Of a stretch of DNA of 64,000 nt, positions 28,593 through 40,803 are shown piece after piece. The notes under the pieces were generated by a model. The model was not told where the DNA came from, did not search any database, and saw nothing but the letters and a program-made list of their open reading frames with translations. How positions within the stretch are numbered: position 1 is the first letter of the stretch; each line of letters begins with the position of its first letter. Both the position numbers and the translations under genes were made by a program. Source of the stretch: Octopus sinensis (lineage: Eukaryota); assembly GCF_006345805.1 (NCBI RefSeq), contig NC_042997.1:136462001-136526000 (forward strand), given 5' to 3'.

Positions 28593-28887
28593 CAATGGCC
28601 CAGTGGTTAGGGTAGCGGACTCGCGGTCGTAGGATCGCGGTTTCGATTCCCAGACCGGATGTTGTGAGTGTTTATTGAGCGAAAACACGTAAAGCTCCAC
28701 GAGGCTCCGGCAGGGGGTGGTGGCGATCCCTGCTGTACTCTTTCGTCACAACTTTCTCTCACTCTTTTTTCTGTTGGCCGACTCGCTTACCCACCAGGGT
28801 GGCATCACTTGATGGCTAAAACAATGCGAAGCGCATTGTGACCAGCGATGTGTAGCAACATGTGATAGCCTGGTCGGTTACGTGATT

Positions 28888-28894
<7 letters not shown>
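28589..28894 (+). mobile_element. tRNA-derived SINE family C, full length
   Basis: A box TGGCCCAGTGG and B box GGTTTCGATTCCC. Lies between (GA)n and (TA)n. Confidence 0.85.
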
Positions 28895-28924
<30 letters not shown>

Positions 28925-29040
28925 GTTTGTCCTGTTTTCCATTTGTGTCTTTCGTTGTTCGAAAAAATACTTCATATTCCATATACTCGTACTTCGTATT
29001 TTATGTTGTACACGTTTCGTGACGTTCTGTGCCCACATAT

Positions 29041-29179
<139 letters not shown>

Positions 29180-29196
29180 TAGATATAGATATATAT

Positions 29197-29234
<38 letters not shown>

Positions 29235-29925
29235 CAAGAAGGGCTGTTAAGCCGAATGAGATAAAAAATCTTTACGAACGCTATTTTTTTGAGAACGGCG
29301 AGGGAGCAACAGATGTGCCGTCTCTACTTGAAGGTAGCCAGGAGTAGAAAGAAAGTAGTAGCCTTCTCATCACGTGTCCGCATCGGGAGGGAGGAGGAGG
29401 AGTAAGAGAAAGGGAGAGAAAAAAAGGAATGGTTGTAGAGAAAAGAATGAAGAATGAGAGAGAGAGAGGGAGAGACAGTAAGGTAGAAGAAAAGGAAAGC
29501 CAAAAGAATGAAGGCTGAAAAAGGGAGGGGAGAGAAAGGTTAAGAGTGCGCATCATTATTAATATTATGAGCAATCTTACTTAGAAATGGATGCGTGTGT
29601 TCCGTCATATAATAAATTAATAAATAAATAAAACATATGCATATATACATGCATATATGTACGTACCGACCTCTACATGTATATAAACATGCATATATGG
29701 GTACAGGACACCCAAAAAACGTCGAGTACAATGAGAAACGAAAACATAAACACAAAACCAAGGAAAATGACATTTTTCTTAAACAACGAAAAAATAGAGT
29801 ATAGGACATACAAAACAAGGAAAATTCCCCTTCTTCAGTCGCCTTTGTTTCATCTACTCCACGTTTCGAAGGTCAAGGCGATACATGACTTTAATGAAAC
29901 TTTCCTTCCCGCGAAAATCATATAT

Positions 29926-29984
<59 letters not shown>

Positions 29985-30625
29985 GTGTGTGTATGTGTGT
30001 GTACATGTATATATGTATGTGTGTGTATGTATATATATATGTGTATGTATGCAACGGTGTACGTATAGATTCAAATATGTGTATACATCTACTTGTATGC
30101 GTACGAGTTTGTGCAGTCATCGGTGGCTGCTGCTTGATGAACCGACAACCCAGCGTGCTATAGATAAAGCACACGCCACACAGCCTTTCACGTGACAACT
30201 ACCCTAACTTTAAAATAACTGTGATGACAGACTTTTAATATATTTATCTTCCGATCAAAAATTATAGAAATTACACCCGACATAGACCAGGATGAGTGTG
30301 GGTACCTACGTCTCTGTGTGGGTGTGTGGGTGTGGGTATGTATGTGTGGGTGTGCATGTGCGTGAATGTGTGCGTATGTTCCTATACGCATCCCAACCCG
30401 TGTTAGCAAGTGTAGTTACCTTGCCTCGCTTCAAACTTAATGCAATCTAATCCTTCCTTTACAGGTCTCATCCTATCTATGTCGCTCTCCCGTTTACTTC
30501 CCCTTGTAAACTTTTCCTTTTTTCTTTCTTTCGTGTCTATAGTTTATGTGTTTGTATTTACAATTATTTGCTATTATTTGTTATGAATATTTAATATAAG
30601 GACAATTGTAGCAATGCCTCATCCC

Positions 30626-33266
30626 TAACTGAAGCAGAAGCAATCCAAAAAGCAGAAATCCCCGGAATCCCTGGGTGCATAGAACACGCATTTTCCTTCT
30701 GGGAAGCCATCACCTGTGCAAAACAAATGAAGAAAAACCTGTATATTGTTTGGCTAGATTTTGCCAATGCTTATGGATCTGTTCCGCACGCAATAATAAA
30801 AACAGCGATGGACTTCTTTTGGATTCCAAAAGATGTTCAACGAATGCTCATGTCGTACTACGACAACCTGAGGATGAGATTTACAGCAGGAAAGTTCCCA
30901 ACGGAGTGGCAACGGCTTAAAATTGGTATTGCAGCCGGATGCACGATATCAGTCATCTTATTCGTGCTAGTCATAGAAATGCTACTCAGATCTACAAACT
31001 GTGAGAAAGCTGTTACGAAGACAGCTTTTATGGACGACGTAACTATATTATCGGAAAGTAGAGAAGCAGCAGAGGGAACGTTAGAGTGGTTGGACGAACT
31101 GATAGGATGGGCAAGGATGAAATTCAAAGCCAAAAAATCTCGAAGCGTGGCTTTCGTGAAAGGAAGGCAAGAAGAAGTGAAATTCAGGATAGGAAGTGAA
31201 GACATACCAACGGTGAAAGAACAACCAGTAAAGAGTCTCGGCAGATGGTATAGAGATTTATTAAATGATAAGAAGCAACGGAAAGAAACACACGAGCTAG
31301 TAGAACAAGCATTAAAGGCAATTGACAGAACAACGCTGCCGGGAAAATTCAAATGTTGGTTACTGCAATTTGGGCTGTACCCAAGAATAATGTGGCCATT
31401 GCAAATGTACGAAATAGCCTCTAGCAGAGTAGAAAGGATGGAGCAAAGATGCAGTGTGTTTATCAGAAAATTACTTGGTCTGCCGAAACCACTGAATACA
31501 ACTGCACTATATGGAAAACCCGTGCTGCAACTACCAATAACATCAATCGCCGAAGAATATAAGGCAGGAAAGGCAAGGACAGTAATGATGCTAAGGTATT
31601 CAAAAGATCAGAGCATCCGGGAAAACCCTCTAAAGGTACGAACAGGGAGGAAATTGAAGGCGGAAGAGGCAGTAAACAGGGCGATCGGAAAACTAAGGCA
31701 CGCAGATATAGTCGGAGCGACGCAAGAAGCTAGAACCAGCCTAGGGTCGCAAAATTTTCAGGCCATTTTGCAAGAACAGTGTAAAAGAGATGAAAGAGGC
31801 AGTGGTATACGAAGTGAGAAAGCAGGAAGAAGAAAGGCCAAATGTACATTTGGTGCAATGCAGTCAACGGGGACAGTGCCTGAGATGGGAGGAATATGTG
31901 ATCAACCGCAGAATATCATGGAAGGAACTTTGGGCTTGGGAACAAGCAAGAACATCCTTCCTGATCAAGTCTACCTTCGACGTTCTACCCTCACCGGCGA
32001 ACTTAGTTCGGTGGAACATAAAAACAACTGATGAGTGTAGATGCGGAGAGAAAGTGATGGTTAGACATGTTCTGTCAGGTTGCAGACTAGCACTTGAAAG
32101 ATATATATGGCGGCATAATCAAGTCTTAGGCGTCATAAGTGCAGCACTCAAGGAGAAGATCGGGAGGTACAATAGGGGAGAGTACCTAAAAGTAGAAAAG
32201 CGTAGGAATGTATACTTCCACAAGGAGGGAAAAGGTTATAAAACCAGGCCTACAAGTAAAGTATACGAGATAGACGAAAGATGGAAGGGATACTGGGAGG
32301 TGGCCACGGATTGGAAAGACAAGTAATATTTCCACTAATAAAAACAACAAAATGACCGGATTTAGTTCTCTGGAACAGAGACCGGAGAATGGGGATTTTA
32401 CTAGAACTGCCAGTACCTTGGGAAGAGGACAGCGGCAATGCAGAGGTACGAAAGGAGAAGAGGTATGAAAAGCTAATCGAAGAATACAGAGAACAGGGAT
32501 GGAATGTCGAATATTATCACCTGGCAGTGGGGGCTAGAGGCTTCATTGAAAGGAAAATGACAACGCTTTTCAAAAGAAGATTTGTTTTTTCTTGCCCCGA
32601 GCTGCGTAAACTAATAAGGAGAGTACAGGAGGCGGTCGAAAAAGCCAGCTTCTATATATGGCTGAAGCGGGAAGACCGAAAATGGCTTGAAAGTCATAAA
32701 CATCCCGACGGGAATTAATATAATTAGGTGAGACAAGCTGACTGAATCAGCTTCGCTGACAGACAGGTGACGGTCGTTTACAAAAAGCGCGGGCTAAAAC
32801 TACGCGCCTTCAATAGTCAGTTAAGGTGAGTCAGTGTCACGTGACAACTTGCTGGGACTGTCTGCTGGAGTCTATGCGGCAGGTATTTAAAGGGAAAAGT
32901 TTGACAAGTCAGTCAGTCACCGGTTGACACTCGCTGACGATACATCGAAGAGGCCAGGGAACAGAAGGAAGAAGAAGAAAGAAGACATGCACTCAACACC
33001 AGAGCTGAAGACACCTCCGAAAGGGGGGGGCGCCACGTCAAAACGGTAGAGGAGTCGGGGCTGAAACCGGACGCGGTTCCTCATGATGATGTCTTGAGCT
33101 AACTGGATCCTATAATGTAACTGTTGTGGTAGCAGACCACGAAACACGGTTGTAATTCCTCCATGACCGTCCAAACTCAACACTTTTAGTGAGACACCAC
33201 TCTATGTATGAATGTACTTGATGTAACCCATGCTTCAAAATTGATGCAACACAATATGATGCACAA
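30626..33266 (+). mobile_element. 5'-truncated RLE-type non-LTR retrotransposon (HERO-like, R2 group)
   Basis: QKAEIPGIPGCIEH, WLDFANAYGSVPH, GIAAGCTISVILF and FMDD (RT); C-x-C...H-x4-C knuckle with WRHNQVL; PDLVL...LLELPVPWEE (RLE). A few frameshifts and stops. About 550 bp of 3' UTR. Confidence 0.9.
30727..32718 (+). pseudogene. RT, zinc knuckle and RLE ORF of the HERO-like element, split over ORFs 30727-32031, 31790-32326 and 32389-32718
   Basis: Frameshift near 31760 and stops near 32325-32355, with motifs continuing across frames. Confidence 0.88.
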
Positions 33267-33470
33267 CATCCCACCCATAAGGGACAGTCGTAGGATGGTT
33301 CGAAACGATTGTTGGACACAATAAAAATTAATAGCAAATCTATCTTCTGTTTCCTTAATCAATTATTATCTTAACAAACACTGCAGAATTCCTGAAATAG
33401 ATCCCAAACTGTGCTAGTGCTTTACTCAACACAATAGCACACTAATTGATATATAGCAATTAGTCCCAAA

Positions 33471-33507
<37 letters not shown>

Positions 33508-33779
33508 TATATTGCTGTCTTGTTCTCACTGCCCAGTTCTTGTTACCACTTCACCCTCCGCAAAAAGTCCCAAATTTTATTTAATTTGCTTTGCGGGAAG
33601 GACTGTGTCAACGAAGTCGCGTAAGAATTGTCCTTACCTTCAAACGCGGAGTAGATGAAACGGGGACAAGTGATGAAGGGGAATATTCTTTATGCTGCAT
33701 GTCTCGTTTCTCTGTTTGTTTTTCGTTGTTCGAAAATAAGTTCGTTTTCTATGTTTTCGTTTCTCATTGTGGTTAACGT

Positions 33780-34600
33780 TTTTTATCAGTTAGTCAGCAT
33801 GCTATTAAAAGTTTAGGTAATTTATACATTAAATTAATAATTATATAAGTGTATAATTATATTAAGGGACCAAGGGCGAAAACGACCTGTCTCCAACATA
33901 CTTGAAATGCCGAGGCACTCAAATACTACCAAAAACTCCAGTGAAAAATATTAAAAAGACATCACGTTAATTGTGAATCGAGTCCAATTTCTGGATTAAA
34001 GTCATATAAACAGGCTTTTTTAAAATATTTTTTCACTAGTTCGATTTCAATATTATTTATATATAACCTGGAGTATTGGGCAGTATTTGAGTGCCTCGGC
34101 ATTTCAAGTCGTTTTCGCCCTTGCTCCCTTAATATAATTATACACTTATATAATTATTAATTTCATGTATAAATTACCATTAAATTTTTATAGCATGCTG
34201 ACTAACTGATAAAAATCATTAACGTGATTTTATCCTTATATTCTATTATGAATTAATAAATAGAATAAAATGATTTGATTATTTTTACTCCTGATCGGAA
34301 TAGCATTTCCTGCGGGGCTATTTTGATAATATACACGTGTTTGTCGTGAAAAGATTTAAATTTGACTTATCTTGGATCTATACATGCAAATATTTGTATG
34401 TAGACGAGTGAATCTACTTTGTACGGTATATATAATTATTTGTATTTATATTTCCCGTTTATCGTGTTGACGAAGGAAAAAAAGGCTGCTTTTATGGCTT
34501 TAATCCAGAATTTGGACCCAATTCATAATTAACGTGAAGTCTTTTTAATATTTTTTCATTAGCCCGATTTAAATCCAGTGTGTGTATATAATCTGGAGTA
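33780..34600. repeat. Complex fold-back inverted repeat
   Basis: 33780-33940 is inverted at about 34068-34216. 33941-34015 is inverted at about 34485-34560. Confidence 0.85.
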
Positions 34601-35146
34601 TTGATTATGATAATCTTGATCTGATTAGATTACTGCTTTAAATCTTTTCAGTATGGAACTGGCAACTCCTCAAGATTAATGATTCTAAACTAGGCATTGA
34701 TAGCCTTTCAATTAGTTAATTTTGTTTTTCCGTATGGGAACCGATAGTTGTCTTTTGCATTCTAAACATTGATTTTCTATCGTATTAAGTTCGGACTTGT
34801 TTTCAAATCATTATATAAGATTTACTTTATAATCATTCAACCATTTCACATTAATTTTGCCATATAACATGGGATATCATCTTACTGAAAAATCACTTCA
34901 TCTGAATTATGTGGAAGTATGTCATTTACTGAGAGGAGTACTTTTGTTTCCGAAATAGCCTCTTGTACATTTTAGCATTTAAAATCTGATTTATAATTTC
35001 AATACATCAATGTGTTTTCTGGACATTTAACATCTCAATTCTACACTGACATGATGTTTCATTGTTGTTGTATTAAACTCAGGTATCAAATTTTCATTTA
35101 GCTTTGCACATCATGGATTTCAGTCTATATATATACTCGTATATAG

Positions 35147-35438
35147 AGCACTCCGTCGGTTGCGACGACGAGGGTCCCGGCTGATACGATCAGCGAAACA
35201 GCCTGCTCGTGAAATTAACGTGCAAGTGACTGAGCAATCCACAGACACGCGTACCCCCAAAGTAGTTCTCAGGGAGATTCAGCGTGACACAGAGCGTGAC
35301 AAGGCTGACCCTTTGAAATACAGGTACAACTCATTTTTGCCAGCTGAGTGGACTGGTGCAACGTGAAATAAAGTGTCTTGCTTAAGGACACAACGCGTCG
35401 CCGGGAATCGAATGCCCTAACCACTAAGCCACGCGCCT
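35147..35438 (-). mobile_element. SINE family D-type copy
   Basis: Minus-strand head GGCGCGTGGCTTAGTGGTTAGGG and core GCAAGACACTTTATTTCACGTTGCACCAGTCCACTCAGCTG. Confidence 0.85.
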
Positions 35439-35576
35439 TCACTCATATATACTCATCTACTTGTATATATCCATATACAAATGTATGTTTTATGAAAAAC
35501 ACGACTGCTGCAGTGTTTTTATCTTTTACATTAGAAATTTTTCGTATTTCTGTATACGTTTTCTGCTGTTTGTGAA

Positions 35577-35910
35577 GGCGCATGGCTCAATGGTTAGAGC
35601 GTCGAGCTTACGATCGTGAGGTTGTGAGTTCGATTCCAGGACCGAGCTGCGTGTTGTGTTCTTGAGCAAGACACTTTATTTCGCGTTGCTCCAGTTAACT
35701 CAGCTGTAAAAATGAGTTGCGACATCACTGGTGCCAAACTGTAATCGGCCTTTGCCTTTCCCTTGGATAATATCAGTGGTGTGGAGAAGAGGGGAGGCTG
35801 GTAAGCATGGGCGACTGCTGGCTTTCCATAAACAACTTTGCCCGTACTTGTGCCTCGGAGGGTAACTTTCTAGGTGCGATCCCATGGTCATTCATGACAG
35901 AAGGGGGTCT
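35577..35910 (+). mobile_element. SINE family D copy with an alternative tail
   Basis: GGCGCATGGCTCAATGGTTAGAGCG...GAGTTCGATTCC, then the core TTGAGCAAGACACTTTATTTC. Confidence 0.85.
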
Positions 35911-35946
35911 CCTCTTTCTGCTGTTTGGAAGAATAAAATTTACTGG

Positions 35947-36330
35947 TCGTTACTATTATGCAAAAGTCTCGTAAGTCCAAATCGTAGCTTTTTCAGAAAG
36001 CGAAAAAATAGTTTCACCATTCCATTTCTTTTTGCATTAGCAACAGTTTCACCTTAACAATGATAATTTATTGGGTGCATAAAATCGTAACTCCGTGCAT
36101 GTATGATATTTTCAGTCAGAAATATTTTTGCAAAACTGTTGTATGTGGGACTTTTGAAAAAATGCTAAACCGTTGTACTACATTTTGACAACTTTCATAT
36201 CTTGGCATCTAAAGCTACTGGAGATACGATAGTTTGACCAAAAGAACCGGCTATTGCAAGCAAAATTAAATGTTGAAAAAAAAACACATTTGGCCAAATT
36301 TGGACATACGACAGTGAAACATAATAGCAA

Positions 36331-36333
<3 letters not shown>
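35947..36333. mobile_element. MITE with imperfect TIRs of about 35 bp
   Basis: TCGTTACTATTATG...TCGTAAGTCCAAAT versus ATTTGGACATACGA...CATAATAGCAACGA. Confidence 0.65.
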
Positions 36334-36412
<79 letters not shown>

Positions 36413-36785
36413 GCATATATGTGTCTGCATGTATGATTTGTTTGAGTGTTGGTATGTGTATTGTATGTGCTATGAAATTTCATTTCCAGGTGCACTTTTA
36501 AAGAATCTATTTATCATATCTTTAGCTAAAATAAATAAAATCATGTTGACAAGTTTGAAGTAAACTAAATGATAAAGTATAATTTACATCGATGGTTAAA
36601 TGAAATAAGTGAGAAAACAAAATTTGCGAATGATAACATATACGAAAAGAAAGCTATATAAAGTGTCAGTATAAATATACTTTTTACTGAATGTGGGTAA
36701 ATGGCGTTTCTCTATAAACAACAACAATCTTCGGAATTTGTTTTCGAGAATTACTCTATGACTTTGATTTACAGCTATTACTAGA

Positions 36786-36843
<58 letters not shown>

Positions 36844-36888
36844 GCGGGGTGGAGATAGCGATAGAGAGACGTGTGCTTGTGTGCGCTC

Positions 36889-37215
36889 GGTCCATGGCTC
36901 AGTGGTTAGAGCGTCAGGATCACAATCATGACTTAATGGGTTCGATTCCAGGACCGAGCTATGTATTGTGTTCTTGAGCAAGACACTTTATTTCACGTTG
37001 CTCCAGTTCACTCAGCTGTGAAAATGAGTTACAACGTCACTGGTGTCAAGCTACATCGGTCTTTGCTTTTCCCTTAGATAACATCGGTGGCGTGGAGAGT
37101 GAAGGCGACTGCTGGGCTTCCATAACCAGCCTTGCCTGGACTTGTGCATCGGAAGGGAACTTTTAGCTACAATCCCCAATCCCATGGTCATTCATGACCG
37201 AAGGGGGTCTTTACT
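36889..37215 (+). mobile_element. SINE family D copy
   Basis: Matches 35577-35910. Confidence 0.85.
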
Positions 37216-38329
37216 CTTGTCGATGTGTGTGTAACAAAAGCACCATAAACTATAAAATCACTGAGCAAGTGTAATTTTTATCGGAACTTGAAACTTAATG
37301 GATGCCAACATCTAAACAATGAGACTATAAGGTACAAAAGGCACTCAACGAACAGTATATAAAAAGTAAACAAACACAACAAACGTATACACGCCATCTT
37401 CAGTTGCCTAAAGGATATCATTATGGTTTCGACATCTGGACAGTACTATTCAATCCGACGGTGTCAAGGGCATCAAAAATATAAACGCTGCTTGGGAATA
37501 GTAGACAGGGGGTCGAGCATGGACTCACGGTGTTCTTTAAGTCGACATCGCCCTTTGATGTTTGCATTTGTGTTTTGTAACTATAGTTACAAAACACAAA
37601 TACAAACACCAAATCTTCAACATACATCGTCATATAACTGCAGCTACCAAATATTGAAATTAAATAACAAAGTATAATAAATAAAGAAAATAAATCAAAA
37701 CAGAACATTTCTACCAAAAGAACAACAATACATAAAAATATATAGCATAAACCTAAACTAAACGAAGCAAGCAGAAGTTATTAATTCAATAAATCGAAAT
37801 AATTAAGTTACAAGCACATAAACCAATAAAATATAGAAAAATAATATCCAAAGAAACAATCTATCCAAGTTTTACAAAGTAACAAGCACAAGCAGAAACA
37901 AGGGAATGCATCTTCCTAAAATTAGTTAAAGAGCGTAAATTCAAACACATTTCCATGTTTAAAACAAAATATAACAAACAGTAATATGAATAATTTATAA
38001 AATTATATGAAAACCAACATAACCATCTAACAAACCATAAAGCATGATAAAAAATATATAAAACGAAGCGCCTGTGCGAAAAATATTCTCCGAATAAGCG
38101 GCAAAGCATCCATGTGTTACCAGGAAAACTAAAACTTACCTTCTAACTCCCATCGCTATCCAACAACGAAAAATTGTGAGCGAAAGTCCAGAAACTGTTC
38201 CCTAAAGGAAAGGACGTCGTACACAATAATACATGACGACAGATGCAAAACAACATGCCAAATAAAATTAATCATTGCGAAACTTTATGCTAAACTGGAA
38301 ACTCGAAACTGCCCCAAGTTATTTTTTTC

Positions 38330-39150
38330 TAAATTTCATTATGACTCCTCAGGCAACAATGAAAACTTTTTACTACTTCCAAGGTAACCTTGTTATTCCA
38401 TATGCTACGTCAACTCCTTAACTCTAAAAATACATCAACTTTATTTATAATCTTACTGAATCTAATAACTTGACTAGAGAACACATTATACCCGACTCTT
38501 AACGGAATTCTACAAAATGCCCAGGACAAGGATGCAATAGAAATATGAAACCTATCAGTTTCATTATAAACGCTAGTTATAACATTATTACCTATACAAA
38601 CTACCTTAACAGCTAAATCATTTACCTTATTCACCACCTTTCCATTTCTATTAGCTACGAGATATGGAAATATTTTCAAAACGATTTTTAAAAAAATATC
38701 ATCAATATATCTGCAGCAACTACCAAGCTGTTTGACTAAGCCAATATTCTATTGGCATAATTCATTCAGAAACTAAAACTCGTACGAAGACAAATATACG
38801 TCAGCTAGCACAAAGCCAAAATTACTACTTATCCGAAGACATTTGACTTGTTTAAATATCCTATCAGCAACATTAATAATAAAACTAACCATCTGATTTG
38901 GCCTACACTTAGCTAAACAAATGAATTCATTATACCTACCCTTAGAAATATATTTATGACACTCATCAACCACTATATCAAGTATTCTAAATATATAATT
39001 TTCCACCATTTTCAAATCTAGATTCTTATACAGTGTAGAGAAATCATTCAGATGCATAGCTCGAACTATATTAACCTTTTGGAGCTTATCTAAAAACTTG
39101 TTACTGGACCTAACACTCTAGAATAAATTAACATCTAAGTTATATAAACT
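38330..39150 (-). mobile_element. Penelope-like RT remnant
   Basis: DFSTLYKNL, FKQVK...LADVYLSSYE, CRYIDD (about 38698-38715) and GYNVFSSQVIRFSKI. Confidence 0.75.
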
Positions 39151-39562
39151 CCTTTGTATTACTGAGCGATATGCATTTCTGCGTCGTTGTGCTTAATGAG
39201 CAGCAAACACAAATCCTACATTCATAACCCTCTAAGAACTGTCACCCTTATATTTAAACAACAAAAACGTAATAAATTTTCTGTATACGAAGTTTGTCAG
39301 GGTGGAATGGACTAATTAGAAGCACACTAAAATAGCGATGATTAAAATAGCTGTATATGTAACTATATTGAACATACTTGTGTACATTCAAACGTGAAAA
39401 AAATCTTAGCTGGATGCGATGACATCATTCATAACGCACTAATGTGTTTTTTTTTCACAGACAATGCCTATAAGGCAAATTTCTCTAACGAGACGGAATC
39501 CGTAGCGAGGGTCTTCCCAATTCTGTGTACATGTTAAATAATTTTGTACACACATTTTAATA

Positions 39563-39660
39563 ACAGACAGACAGACAGACAGACAGACATAGATACATAC
39601 ATACATACATACATACATACATACATACATACATACATACGGACAGACAGACAGACAGAA

Positions 39661-39726
<66 letters not shown>

Positions 39727-39736
39727 TCAGTCAGTC

Positions 39737-39806
<70 letters not shown>

Positions 39807-39812
39807 ACAGAC
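39563..39812. repeat. Compound tetranucleotide microsatellite (GACA)/(TACA)/(GATA)
   Basis: Direct reading. Confidence 0.95.
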
Positions 39813-40300
39813 ACACCAGTCTACTCAGGGACAGAAAATAAATATTCTTTTTCTAATGAAGAGTAACATTAGAAACGAGCAGATCGATCCTACTTTCTTA
39901 TGACCACAGAGGGATGAAACTATGATTACTTTTCATAACGAGACTAAAATAGTATGTTTTTGTAGTAAAACGTTATATGTCTAACACAATATTGCTATAC
40001 TTTAATCGATATTTAGTATAAATATTAATTATTCATTCACGAAAATGTATTATAATAGAAAATATTTCATTAGACTATACAATAAAACCCTATGATAATA
40101 ACAATAGGATTAAAATATATAAAACTGTCTGGTGAATAAGATACACCACTAAGACAAATCTTCTTTGCCAATATTGTTTTTACAAACATCTTCTATGATA
40201 AAACAAATGTTGTTATTCGATATGATATTCAATGAAATTACTCGGTGCATTTTTTTCTCCTTTTTTTTGTTTCGTTTTATTTCATTATATATATATATAT

Positions 40301-40735
40301 ATATTATATTATATTAAATTAGAGATAAAACCACTATTAGGCAAATCATACAATGAAAAACTCAAGCCAATACATAAGATTAATTAATTTATATTATTTT
40401 AAATATATATCAATGAGTTCATTGATTAAACCTCGCTAAGTTAAATATTTAAATCACCTGAAGAATGACTGTAACCCGAAATTTTAAGAATTGGACAGCC
40501 ATGAAACGATCGTAGTGTTATACTAATTATCTTTTTTTAATAATTTTGATATATATTTAAAATAATATAAATTAATTAATCTTATGTATTGGCTTGAGTT
40601 TTTCATTGTATGATTTGCCTAATAGTGGTTTTATCTCTAATTTAATATAATATAATATTTTACTATAAAATTGGATTCAATCCTAAATCTGATTTTTCCC
40701 TGTAAGTTTGGATTTATTCCCTAATATTTTATTTT
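40301..40735 (+). mobile_element. Fold-back element (PLE pLTR-like) with 113-bp inverted arms around a hammerhead
   Basis: Arms 40301-40413 and 40546-40658 are reverse complements. Flanked by (TA)n. Confidence 0.8.
40455..40517 (+). ncRNA. Minimal type I hammerhead ribozyme
   Basis: CAC CUGAAGA AUGACUGU...ACAGCCAU GAAA C GAUC GUA GUG. Intact core, 7 of 8 bp in stem II, palindromic ACGAUCGU stem III, GUA triplet. Confidence 0.8.
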
Positions 40736-40741
40736 ATATAT

Positions 40742-40803
<62 letters not shown>

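Noticed and set aside
28589-28665. tRNA-like sequences (also at 35577, 12707 and 11150-11224)
   Set aside because: They are SINE heads continuous with SINE bodies and lack a proper acceptor stem.
29820-29875. Possible type II hammerhead in family F (CCUUC GAAAC...CUGAAGA AGG on -)
   Set aside because: No stem I can be formed in the copies examined.
30858-31352. 164-aa minus-strand ORF
   Set aside because: It is antisense to the HERO-like RT.
32995-33110. CUGAAGA and GAAA motifs in the HERO 3' UTR
   Set aside because: The GAAA is a GNRA hairpin loop and the helices do not fit hammerhead topology.
37380-37410. CUGAAGA plus a weak stem on the minus strand
   Set aside because: No GAAA box follows, so it is truncated or chance.
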